From positions 124,001 through 188,000 of the forward strand of contig MCFH01000005.1 of assembly GCA_002104945.1 (NCBI GenBank): 64,000 bases of DNA, in the 5' to 3' direction. A program made the translations under genes and the position numbers. The stretch's first letter is position 1. Each line of letters begins with the position of its first letter. Positions 1-13,931 of this stretch are shown one piece after another. This DNA comes from Piromyces finnis finn (lineage: Eukaryota > Fungi > Neocallimastigomycota). Below the pieces are notes generated by a model. That model was not told the DNA's origin and ran no database searches. It saw only the letters and a list, made by a program, of their open reading frames with translations.

Positions 1-3000
1 TTAATTCATTTACTGATTGATTATTTTCACTCTCTAATTTATTTACTTTATTATATTGGTTATGTCTAAATATAATTTCTTGCTCAAGTTTAATTCTATC
101 ATTTTCAAATGTTTCTAATTTCGAATTGCAATGATCAATCATACTCATCTTTATTGAATTTTCTTTATTATACTTCAAAATACAATTATTTATTTCATTA
201 TATAATTTATATAATTTTTCATATGAAATTTCATTATATTTAATTAAATTAATATAGTCATTCTCAATATTCCATTTTTTTTCATAATTTTCTATTAAAT
301 TAACATAAACTTCATTTTCTAAATTTTTATTTATTATAGAGTATATTTCATCTGGAATTTTCTCTAATTTGTCATTTTCTTTTATATTTTCATATTTCAA
401 TTTCTTTAAATTTTCCAAAAAAGTTTTATATTCAGTAACATAATCATGTATTTCTTTACTTTTATTATGCTCATTAATTAAATTAATACTATATTCTTCA
501 TTACTTTTAATATTTCTTAAGTATTCGTTATAATAAAATAGCCATGATTCATAGCTTTCTTTGTTTAATCTTTTTTCTAATATATTGATTTCATTACTAA
601 TATCATTATTACTTTTTAAAGATATTGATAACAATATCTTTTTCAGATTATTATATTGGTGCTTTCTTTTTTCATATTTAGTTTTTAATGAATCTACAAA
701 TATTTTTTCAATAAATAATTTATCCAATTCATCAGAAGATTTAATACTAATCTTTTTTATTTTATATAATGGAAATTTAGTCTTACATGTACATAATCTC
801 TCTATGTTCTGAATTTCATCCAACCAATTATTTAATGAATCATTAATATAATTAATTATTTTATTAATATATAACTCACTAAAACTGTTGTTGTTATCTT
901 CTCCTGATATATTATTAATCAAATTTGAACAATGAATAATATCATTATTTAAATTTTCTTTTCTTTCTTCTAATGTATTAAAATTATTTATCCATTCAGT
1001 ACTATTAAAAACGATATCAACATATTCTTTTAAATTATTTTTCTTATTATATAAATCTTTTAATATCTCTTTATAATTATTAAGTTTATTAAATAATACA
1101 TTAGAGATAGACTGTATTAAATCACTTTCTGATTGTATATCATTTAAGAAATTAATATGTTCATCTATCTCACTACTACACTTTTCCATTTCTTCATTAA
1201 TACAATTTAATTCTTTATAGCATTGTTCATAGCATGATAATAAATCATTCAAAACATGTTTATCATTTATTTTATCAACGATAACTTGGATATTATATAG
1301 AATATCATTTATTCCACTCGTTACATTATTATCAATCTTTGTTAAATTATTTTGGATTTTATTTATTCCTTCAATGTTTATTAAAGAAATTATCTAATAT
1401 GTAATATAATATAATATAATATAATATAATATAATATAATATAATATAATATAATATAATATAATATAATATAATATAATATAATATAATATAATATAAT
1501 ATAATATAATATAATAAGATTAAATGAATTATATAAATATTAAATTAAGTATAAAATTTACCTTTAATTCTCTATTAATTCTTTTCCAAGCATTTTTATC
1601 CTTTTCTATTTCTATACTAATATTTTTAAAATTTTCATTAATTATTTTTTGGTAGTTTTTTATAAATTTATTCTGTGATTGTATCAAATTTTTTATATTA
1701 TGTTCTGATGTTTCTAATAATGTATCATTAATTGTAAAGGTATTCTCGATTTTATTAATAATATTTTCTTTTATTTCTTCTTCTTTTTCTTTTTTTGGAT
1801 TTTTAAATATATTTATATTTAAATAATTTTTTAAATACTCAATTTGATTTTTATTATTTATGTTATTTTTTTGAATATCTCTTAAATTTTTTGATATGAA
1901 TGAATTATTAATAAAATATTTTATAAAATTTTCACTTAGGTTAATAAATTCATAGTATTCAACTAGCTTTCTTGAAATATTTTGAATTAAGTTGTCAACG
2001 CTTTTATAATTCTTACAAATATGTTTATAACTTTTTAAATTTATAAAAATATTTGTTATATATTCTGAATTATAAAATTTCTTAATATTTTCTACTTTAT
2101 TTTTAATTTTTTTAATGTAATTTATTTCTTCTATATTAACATTATATTCTAATTCTTCATTTTGAATATCTATAAGCATTTGATCAAAATTTTTAATCAA
2201 TTCTTTAACATTATTATTGTAATCTGCATACCCATTAACACATTTATTTACTATTATCTCTGTTTCTTCCAATTTGTTTTTAACTTCATTATAATAATTG
2301 TTAAGAAATAAATTTATATCTCTGAATTTTAATAGATATAATTGTTTATTTTCATTTGATTCGCCATTATAACTGAGTCCTCTTTGAATTGATTTAACAT
2401 TATTATTTAATTCTTTTTGAATATTTTTTAAATTTTTTATTTGATTATAAAAATCACAATTTGGTAAATTATCTTGTTCTTCCTGAGTTTCATTTAATTC
2501 ATTTATTATATTCTTTAATTCATCCATTTTATTATTAAATTCATCATTAAATATTCCATTTCTTATTAAATTCATCTTTTCTTTTAATTTATTATTATCT
2601 ATACTCTCTACATCGTTATATATAGTATTATAACAAAATTTTAAAATATGTTCAGAATACTGAATTGAGAATAATAAATTAATTGCAACTCTATATGTTT
2701 TTAACATTTTCAATGTAAAGAAATATCTATTATTGAATGATAAAACTTGTGTTTCTATATTTTCAATGTCATTTAAATTGTCATTTAATTGATTTATCGA
2801 TTTTTGAAATTCGATATTTCCATTATATTTATTTATTTTATTATTAATTAGCATTTTTTTATGATTTAGAATAAAATCAATTTCATCGACTTCATATTTT
2901 TTACTTTTTATTTCTTTTATTGAATACTTTACTATATCCTCTTCACAAATATTGATAAAGTCTTTAACAATATTATAATCATTATTATTTTTTGAATATT

Positions 3001-6000
3001 TAATAGTTGCCAGTTCATTTATTGGTATTTTAATTATATGAAGAAAAAAATTATTTGTAATAGAATTTAAATTTTCTTTGGCTTTATTACACCAATCATT
3101 AATGTCATCACTTAACTTATACATTGAAGCATTAATTAAGTTTGTATCTTCAATAATCTTCTTAATTTTTAATTCTGACTCATGTATCATATCTTGACTT
3201 TTTTCATCCAACACTTCAATTAATCTTAAAATTTCTTTTGATGGTGTATCCTTAATTCCTTCATACTTTTCTTTTATTTTAGCAATATTAATTTGATATT
3301 GTGATAATTTCTCATTATAATTTTTTTCAAATTGAGAGAAACTTAACGAATTTGAAAAAATATTTTCTTTTACATTTTCTAGATTTTTAAATAATTGCTT
3401 ATAATTCAAAATAACATTATATATATCATTTTCTATCTCCCATAAATTATTTAAATACTTTAAACTCCAAATATTATTATTTAAATTGAAGTAATCTAAT
3501 AATTTTTCTTTAATATATAATGGTATTTCATTCATTTGATCATCACAATCTAATATTTCTTTCTTATTCATTATACTTGAAATTATTTTCTTCAAATATT
3601 TATTGTTTTTTCTTTCATGATTATTACAAATTTTATTATATTGAGATTCATATAACGAATGATCATCAATTATTCCTTGAAGAACATCATAATTAATTCT
3701 ATCATTAATTGTAAAAAGTTTCAAATTTATGATATTTTCTTTTGAAATATGATGTTCAAGTATATATATCAATGAATTAATACATATTTGATATTTATCA
3801 TAATATTTATTAATATTATCAAATAATTCACTAATTTGATTTAAACGTTTATCATAATTATTAATAATAATATCAATTTGAATTTTTTCTCTTATAGTAT
3901 CAATAAACTCATCAAATTTTGTTTGTTCCTCAATATTACATTGTAAAGTTTTAATTAATTTTGTTGATTTTTTCTTATAACATTGAATATTTTCTCTCCA
4001 AATTTTGAAATTATTTTTTGAGCATTCTTTTATATCTGAATATGTACATTCATTATTGCCAATTAAGTTTTCTAATGAATTGTAAATTGGTATACAAGTT
4101 CTAAATTCTTCAATTAAATTTTCTTTTGTTTTCTTTAAACTAATTATTTCATTTAATATTTCTTTATAATTATTAATAAAATTAAATATTGAACCAATTT
4201 CTTGATAACTCTTTTCAATTTTTATACATAAATATTCACAATGGCTTGTATTTGATAAATAATTGTTGTCAATATTATTTTTAGTTTCTTTAATATTCTC
4301 TTTAGATATATAATCAATATAATCATCTTTTAAATCTATCCATTCTAATTGCAATTGCTTTATAACATTTTTAAATATATCATTCACCTCAGAAAATTTT
4401 TCATAAATACTTTCAGAAGCATTATATCTTTCTAATATTTCTTTATATTCTTCTACTGTTGTTTCAATTATTATATCTATTTCTTCTTTATGTTTTTCCA
4501 TATTCATACTCAAATTATTAATATTATTACATTTATTATCTTCATCTTTATTATTCATTTGAGAGTAAATGATTAACTTTTTTATTTTACTAAATTTTTC
4601 TAATAAATCAGTTGGATAATGATGAAAGTACATTGAATTTTCATATTTTTTATATATTTCAGATTGGAAAATTTTTTTCAAGATTTGACAATTTTCATCT
4701 ATTGATTTTATTAAGTATAATTTACCATTATGTTGTTCTATGGCACATTTTGGATCTTCTTCAATTCTACTTAAAATATTATATATTTCATTTATTTTCT
4801 TATTTATTCTTACCAACTTTTCTTTACCATTTCTTAATTCGTTTATATGGTCCTTTAATTTAAGTATTTTTTCGTTATAGTTATCTTTATAATCTTTATA
4901 AGAAATATCTTTTTTAGATATTTCTTCAAATGCTTTTTCGACATTGCTACATTTTAATAAATTATTATTTTTACTTAATATATCTTTAATTCGATATTTA
5001 TTTTTACTATATTTTTCAATATTATCATAATTATCATCAGTAATCTTACATATATTACTATATATATCTTCAATCTCATCTGTATATATCTCAAATATAT
5101 ACCCTTGTTCATATTCTTTATCCAACTTTTGTATATTTTTTTCAATATAATCAGATATTAAATTGCATTCATATATTAATCTTAACGCATTTTCTTTTGT
5201 AATTGAATTTTTAATATATATATCAATATCATTTATTTCTTTTTTAACTATTTTCATATATTTTGAAATACCATGATTATTCAAAAATGATTTTTCTGAT
5301 TCATTATTTATCATTTCATTATATATTAATAAACATTCATCAATATCATTCTTACATTGAATTTGATTATCTTTTGACATACTATCATTGAAACATAATA
5401 AGGATTCATCATTTAAAATTAATTTTCTCCTTTCTTTTACACCTTTAAGTATATTTATAATTCTTTTACCACCTTCATAATAATAAGAAGCTTTTTTATA
5501 ATTACCTTCTATTTTATTTAGGTACATTTTCAAATTATTATATTTTTCTGATATATTTTTATATAATAAATTTAAATCCCTATAAATATATTCTTTATTT
5601 TTGAAATTTATTAATTTACTATGCTCTATTGTATTTCTTTTTATTTCAAAATTAAATTGAGAGATTTTATTTTTAATATTGATTATTTTTAACTCGGCAG
5701 AATGAAAAGACGCATAATTATTAAAAGAATTTTCAAGCAAATCATGTAACATATCTAATTTCTTATCAGTTAAATTGATAAAAAATAAAATATTTAGCAT
5801 GTATTCCTTACAATCACAAGCCATTTCAAAATCAGAAATGATTATTTTCCATTCTTGAAGATCTTCTTTTAATTTATTATATTTTTCTATTATTGTTTGC
5901 CTTTTTTCAATACAAAAATCATTTATTAATAATGTACTAAAAAACTTTTCAAATTCTAATTTTTTCTCTGATATTATTTCATAATTTTCATTAAATGATA

Positions 6001-8701
6001 TGTTTTGGTTTTTGAGTATTAAATTATCATTTCTCATAAAATATTTTACTAAACATGATAAAGATACTTCATAATCTTCGCACTTACTGAAATTGTTTTC
6101 AAAATTACAATTATACATTTCATATATTGGATTTAAATCAATTGCTCTTATGGAATATTTGTAATCATTTATTTCATTTAATTTTTTATAACACCAATCT
6201 TGATTATTTTTCAAAAAATTTTCTGTTGTTTCATTTTTAATATTTGCAGAAGACACTTTAATACATTTATTATTAATAATTAAAATGTTCTTTTTAAAAG
6301 TTTCAAATTTTTCTATCATCGTATCTTGTACATCAATAATTGCACTAGTATTTTTATCACTTATACATGCATAAGAAGCTGTTAATATTTCTGACAAACG
6401 TTTAAACTTAATTTCTGTATTGGTAATTTTTAAACAATTATCTTTAAGTTCATTAATTTCATTCTCATTTAATTTTTCCCATTTATTATTGTTTTTATAA
6501 TTATCTACTTTTTCTTTATACTCAACTAAAATATTCCACTTTTCAATAAATATATTAATAAAATTATTAAATTCATTTTCTATTTTCATACACAACTCCA
6601 TTTCTTCGAGATCTTTTGATGTTGGTATATTCAAGTAACACCAATGTTTAATTTCTTTTGGAATAGTTTTTAATTCTGATATTAGCATACAATTATCAGT
6701 GCAACAATTTTTCCATTTTTCATCTAATTCAGATTTAACTTTCTTATTAATCTCATCTAAATTTTTCTTTAGTTCATTATATTTCTCGTTAATTTCTTGG
6801 TGATATATTTGATATTCTTCTTTTTCTTTGTCTATTTTCATTGATTCATCAATTGTTTTTATAAATACTTTATTTTCATTGGTAAACATATAATTAAATT
6901 TATTTTTAATATCATTACTTTTTTTATCAACTTGTGTATTATAAAATTTTAGTTTTTCAAAAATGCTCTCAAATTGTAATTTCCGAACTGTTAATAATTT
7001 TTTTAAAGTATTAATTTCTTCATTTAAAAATATTTTTTTTACTTTAATTTTATAATTTTCTGAAGAAAATTCTAAAAATTTTATATTTTCATTATTAGAA
7101 AATTGAATAAATTGTTCATACATATTACTAGCTTCATTTTTAATATCATTATATTTTCTTTCTATTGTTGAAAATAATTTATCTATTTTTTTATCACATT
7201 TAACTATATTAGTTAAAATAAATGTTGATGTTATTCCGTCGGAATTTAATATCTTAATAAATTCTTCACAACATTTTAGTTGTGTTATATATATACTTAT
7301 ATAATCATTATTCTTAATTTTTTGTTTGATCAAATTGCTAATTTTTAATAAATATGTATTAATATATTCAAGTTTTTTAATATTATTTTCGTACTCTTTC
7401 TTATAATTTTCAATAACATTTTTCCACTCTATAATATTATTATATTCAAGTTTTAGATTTTCTTTATCAAAATTTTGATTTATGTCACGATAATATTCAC
7501 ACCATTGATTTAATAATACAACATCTTGCTGATATTCTTGATAATATAAATTATATTTTAAATACATTTCTTTCTGGAAATTATTAATATTTTTATTAAC
7601 ATTCTTAAGGTGTTCTGTTGAACCAATCGTATCTTCAATATAATTTAATGAATACTTAAATAAGTCTTTTAATTTATTGTTTTTTGATTTTATAAGATCA
7701 ATATGTTCCATGTAACTTTCTTTATATAATTTAAATTCATTAGAAATATCCTTTAAATTGTTTATCTTTTCTTTAATATTGTTTAATATTGTATTCATTA
7801 AATCAATATCTGTACTAAAACGTTTTTTATATATTCCTTCATTGTCTGCCTTAATCAAAATATCAATATATTTACATTTATTAGCAATTAATTTATAATC
7901 TTTTTCTATTTCTTGTAAATTATCTAATTTTACTTCAAAATTTAATTGTTTTTGTAATTTTTCTTCATTTTGAATGGTATATCTAAATGATTCTTTTAAA
8001 TCATTATTCCATTCATTTTCTTTTAAATGCTTTCTAAATAAATTTATACGATCAGGTATATCTTTTTCAATAATATATATTTCATTGATTAAATTTTCAT
8101 TTAATCTTAAATATTTGCTTTCTAATAAATATTTTAATTCCTTTAATTTCTTATTATTTGAGAATTTATTTGTAAAATATTTTAAACTTTTATTTCCATT
8201 ATCTTCAAATATTAATTGCTTTTTTATATCTTCTAACTCATCATTTGAAAATAAAATAGTTTCAATAACTTTAATAATAAATATTTTAAATTCCTCATAA
8301 GAATTAAAACCAATATTTTCATTACATTTCTTTTTTAAATCTTGTATTTTTTCATTTATATCATATATTTTCCTACTCATAAATTTCCAACCATCAATTA
8401 TTTCTTTTAAAAAAATAATATCACTATGATATTCATTATTCTTTAGGTTAATAAATGATAATGTATTTTCATCTTTTTTATATTTTTCATCAATAAAACT
8501 ATTATAAAATTCTTTAATACATTCTTCCATACTATTTATATTTCCTGAATCAAATCCTTGATTTTCATAGTAGATATTTTCTTTTACTTTATTATAATAG
8601 AACTCTATTAAATTGTTTAGTTTTTTGTCTATTATCTCACTTTTTTTTTGAACATCTTTATTGATATTTTTTGAATTATTAATTTTTACTTCTTCAGTCA
8701 T
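1..8701 (-). CDS. Giant (>2,800 aa, 3' end beyond window) alpha-helical, spectrin-repeat-like/coiled-coil protein; exon 1 ~8701-1562, intron 1561-1394, exon 2 1393 to <1
   Basis: The 2392-aa ORF starts at TTG 8707; the first ATG (MTEE) is at 8701. A phase-0 GT donor follows NRELK, the intron holds an (AATAT)n tract, and the AG acceptor is at 1394-1395. Exon 2 reads open in frame (IISLINIEGINKIQNNLTKIDNNV...YINDSLNNWLDEIQNIERLC). Spaced Trp motifs (LNQWCEYY, DINDWCNKAKE, LNNWLDEIQ) resemble spectrin helix A. The family call is an inference. Confidence 0.75.
1403..1515. repeat. (AATAT)n pentanucleotide tandem repeat, ~22 copies, making up most of an intron
   Basis: Directly visible perfect repeat between the donor and acceptor of the giant gene's intron. 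Confidence 0.95.
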
Positions 8702-11058
8702 TTTCAATTATATTGGATATATTAAAAAAAAAAACTCACTAATATTAAATACAATAATTTTCTAATATAACTTCCTAATATGGTTTTTATAATTTTATAT
8801 TATGATTATTTTCACTATAATAAATGCATAATAGCTAATATTTATTTCTTTATGTTAATTTATTAATATTTATAATAAATGTTTTCTTTATGTATAACAA
8901 ATTGCAATTTAAAATATACTAAACTAATGATATAAAATATTAAAGAGAAAATGAAATAAAATGATGATTTATATACAAATACAAATGATAAAGTATAAGG
9001 AATAATAAAAAATAATAAAATAAATTTAACAACTAAAATAAAAAATTATTGAATATATATATATAACTATTGAATGAAAAAAAAAAAATGAAATGAAAAA
9101 AAAAATGCTATTTTATAATCTAATATCTATTAGTATCGAAAATATGTGATTATACCATTATATATATTTTTCAATTAAAAAATATACCATATAATTTATA
9201 TAATATTACCTTTTTCTATTTCTCTATTTTCAATTCTCTTTTTATTTACAATATTAATTTTTATCTTAATTCTTAATTCTTAATTGATATATTAGTTCAA
9301 AACTAATACAGAATTAAAAATTCTTGAAAAGATAAATTAATATACTATTAATTTTAAAATATTAAGTTATAATAGCTCTAAACTTTATAATAAATTATTT
9401 TTATTATATTTGATAAAATATTTATTTACATTTTCTAAATACTGTTTATTTCAAACACATAAACAATTAAAATTAAAACTTTAAAAATTTAATTTAAAAA
9501 CTTAAATAATATTAATTAAAAAATAAATAAAAATAGCTTTAATACTAACCTTTGATAAAATTTCAGTTACTCGTTTTATCTACTCCTTATTTTTTTTTTT
9601 TTTTTTATTTTCTAACTTTTAATAAAATTCAATATTTATTTTATAATAATTGTAAAAAAAAGTAAACATATATATAATTACTTATTGAATATTTTTAAAT
9701 GATAATTATTTAAATTTTCCAATAATTTTTAATAGAAATACCAAAGTAATTTAGTTTTTAAAGTTTTTTTTTAAAAAAAGTCTAAATTGTGAATATTTTA
9801 ATTATATTGAAATAAATTAATATATAACTACTTTAAATATATGTATATATGTATATATGTAAATTTAATTATTTCAGTATTAAAATTAATTGTATTATAT
9901 TCAAAATATACTTAAAAATTATTATAGTATTATAATTATTTCACAAATAGTATTTTAAAAATTCATAAATATTTCTATTTTTCATAAATACATAAATATT
10001 TATGAAATGGAAAAATATTTATTAGATGTATAACCTTGATGTATGATTATAATTACTAATTATAGTTAAATAAATACATTATTGTATAAATTTATATTTA
10101 TAATGTGGCGTATATATTCAATTTATTATATGTTTCAATATATTTTACACTATACATTTTATATATTTTGACATTCACCCTAACCTAATTATTCTGAGAA
10201 ATACTTGATTTGGTATTGAATATGAATATGAATATAAATATTAAATATATAAGCTATTAAATATAACTATATTTTAAATAATTTTTTAAATTTAATTTAC
10301 ATTTTTAACTATTAATTCAAATATATATTTTTGATTATTGGTATGTTATCTCATTTTATATTTATGTTATTACATATTTTTCATGATTAATAATTTAAAA
10401 TAAATATTTATTGTATAATGAATTGGATATATATTTGGCTCAATGCCATCCAATTATATAATAATTTAGGAGTAAAAACTCGTCTGGTTTATTTTTATCC
10501 TTTTATTAACTAATATTCTATATTTAATTCAAATTTACAGCTATTCTTTTAGATTTTACACTGTAATGATTTAAAAATAGGTACTAAATTAATTTGGCAT
10601 AATGTTTTTTAATAATGTATGTAATATGTATTTATTTTACACTAGTAAATAGTAGTTAAAGTAATTCTTGGATTAGTAATCCACATATTATCAAAAGATA
10701 ACATAAATACAAACATATCTATTCACAAATAATTTCATCATGAATTCTAAAAGGATTCATAAATATAAAAGAATTATTATGTTTAAAATGTGGCTTATAT
10801 GTTTAATTTATTACAATATGTTTTAGTAAATTTTGACACTAATTTATTTATTTATTTATTTATATATTTATACTAAATAAAACATTTAATTACTAAACTA
10901 ATAATTGTAAATAATGTAATAATAATAAAAGAAAAAAAAATTGAATGAACTATAAAAACAAATAAAACAAATAAAACAAATAAAACAAATAATAATAATA
11001 ATAATAATAATAATATGAAATATTAAAAGTAATAATTATTAACATATACTTAAAAAAA

Positions 11059-13802
11059 CTATTTAATTAAGCGTAATTTTTCATATTTATATAATGATAG
11101 TACTTCATTAACTTTATCCACAAATTCCTATTTTTTAATAATTATATTTTTAAGATTCTTCATTAGTATTTTTAAATATATTTTATATATTATTATCAAT
11201 TTACTTACTAAAGCATTCTTGTAATCTTTAATATAATCTTTTCTATCAAATAATTGTGGATTGTTCTTTTTATGATATTTTATAATTATTATATTAATGG
11301 TAAGTTCAGCAGAAATCAATTCTAAAATATATAAATATAAATATTTAGTAATTATAATTATAAATTCAAATATTTATTAATTATTAAAAAATTACCATCT
11401 AATGAAATTTCACAAAGTAATTTATTATAATCGGTATTAATATAAAGTAATCTTTGTTCAGTTTGAAGTAATATTTGACTACTTTCGCTTAGTTCTATTT
11501 AATAGCATTTATGACATTATTATTATTATTTGATTAATTAATTAATATAATTTATATAATATAAATTTAAATAAATTACCAATATGAGTCACATAATCTT
11601 CATTAGCATATTTCCCGTTATATAAATGATTCTTTATATATTGACCTTTTGCTTCTTTTTCATTATAAGCCTATTGTATACAATTATTTATATTTAATTT
11701 AAACTTCGTTTTAACATTTATATATTTTATTCTACCTTTAATATTTTATTATTTGCAATATGTCTTGGATATCTTATTCTAGAAAATTCTAGCTCATCAA
11801 TACTAGTTGTATTCTTTAAACCCTCTGTTACATTGGACGCTAAATCAAATACTCCTGCCACTGGCTTTGTAAATGCTCTATTTTATTTTAAATTATTAAA
11901 ATTTTATTATTTTAACTTAAAAATTTAATTATTATTTTCATTATTCATATAAAATATTTACCCTACTAATCCTTTTCCAACACCTTTAATAAAACCGCCT
12001 AAGCCATCTTTTTGAAGTCCATTGACTGGTTGTTCCTTTTTATTATATATATATTCGATATATTCATTAATCATTTTCAATTATTCATTTATTAATTAAT
12101 TTATTTTTAGCACTTCGTTACTTACAACTACTCCACTAATTGCACTTCCTACACTTTTTCCAAGCTGTGTTACTCCATTAGAAATGCCCCCAAGTGCATG
12201 TTTTGGTTTATTTCTAATTTATTAATAATCAACAATTAATAATTAATTGCTTTTTTTGAAAATTACATTAATATTTTATCTATACCTCACAGACATTTGC
12301 CTTTGATAATAAAACTAAGTTTTTATTTAATTATTAAAATTAATATTTTATAACTTTATATAATATTTTATTCATTTAATTTTACCTTTTGATCCATTGA
12401 AGCCAACGACAAACCTTTTCCTATACTTCCCGATATTTGAGAAACTGATGAACTAAATCCTGAAATGGTTTTCAATACAAACTTCCCTGTACCCTATTTT
12501 TTAAGTAATAATTATTTATAAAATATTTTATAAATCAATATATATTATTATTTTTGTTATTGTTATTACTATAATTATAATTTTATTTACCGTTGCTAAT
12601 CCTATTCCTATATCTTGAGGACGATCACTTATAAATCCTTGAATTGGTTCATAAAAAATATCATATACTCCTGAACTGATACTATTAAATAAACTTACTG
12701 GATTACCAATTAAATCTGCAGAACCAAGAATTTTATGTAATTGACCCATAACTTCTTGAGAATAATGCGTTTTAATTAATTCAAATAAAAGATTAGAATC
12801 TACAGTTGGGTGTTCTAAAATTAAAGCATGTAAATCTAGTGGAGCATTGTGAATGTTTCCAAGAGTCATTGTTAAAACATCAGCAATATATGTGAAAATA
12901 TTATTACTATTTCTACTATATTCAGAGTTTTCTACCTCTGAATCAATATGTTCAATTCTTGCAAATGAAATATTTGCCTTTATAGGTTGTAGTTGAAAAA
13001 CTTCAAAATATAGCTTATTACTTTCAAGAATTGTTTCATTAATATTATAATTTTCTTTTATCAATAAATCATTATCTTCGTTATTATTTTGCAATGAACT
13101 GAAATTCATAAATTCAATTAATGAGTGAAGCAACTCCTCATCAAGCTTCAATGAAAACTCCTGAATTAGAGAATCAAAATATTCAAAATAATTTACACCA
13201 TACTTTAAACTTTTATTTTTTGAGAAAGATATTTGAATAATAGGCTGAGTTTCATTTTTATTTTCAAAGTGAGATATTGTTGTTGGATAAAGAATTACTT
13301 CTTCTAAAGCATTATACAGTTGGTTATCAATTTGTAAATATTTGACTTGTAATTTTACTTTTTGTACTTTTTCATCTTCATTAAAATTAATTGTTATTTG
13401 TTTTAGTGTTATATATAGAAACTCTTTAACATCTTTATTTATAACAGATATACCAATATCAGGAAAATCAATAGAAAAATTGAATTTTTGATTATTTTTA
13501 GCATTTTCAATTCTAGTTGATTTTCTATTTAAAGTATTTAATTCCTGAATCTTGATTATTAAAATTGGACCTTCATAATTTTTTTGAACAATAATATTAT
13601 AAGATCTATTACCAGCATTTACTTCAAGAGGTGTTATTTGCCTAATATCCAACACATTAATTTCAAATTTAGAATTAAATATCTCCATAATTATAATTTT
13701 TGATGGATCACATGGATTATCTAAAGCATAAGATATAGAATAGCTTGGCAATACTTTATATTTTCTCTTAGGATTCTATTATATTATATATTATATATTA
13801 TA

Positions 13803-13846
<44 letters not shown>

Positions 13847-13869
13847 TATTATTATTATTATTATTATTA

Positions 13870-13931
<62 letters not shown>

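Noticed and set aside
561-8300. Small plus-strand ORFs (561-812, 4612-4863, 7974-8300)
   Set aside because: Antisense shadows of the giant minus-strand gene; F/L/I-rich composition reflects complementing K/N/E codons.
1529-8707. Superficial resemblance of the giant ORF to Plasmodium reticulocyte-binding/rhoptry proteins
   Set aside because: Likely convergent K/N/I/E bias from extreme AT content; the surrounding genes are clearly fungal and there is no signal peptide.
9960-10020. Imperfect inverted repeat (ttcataaat...atttatgaa)
   Set aside because: Almost entirely A/T and mismatched; expected by chance at this composition.
10177-10185. CCCTAACC telomere-like motif
   Set aside because: Single unit, no tandem array.
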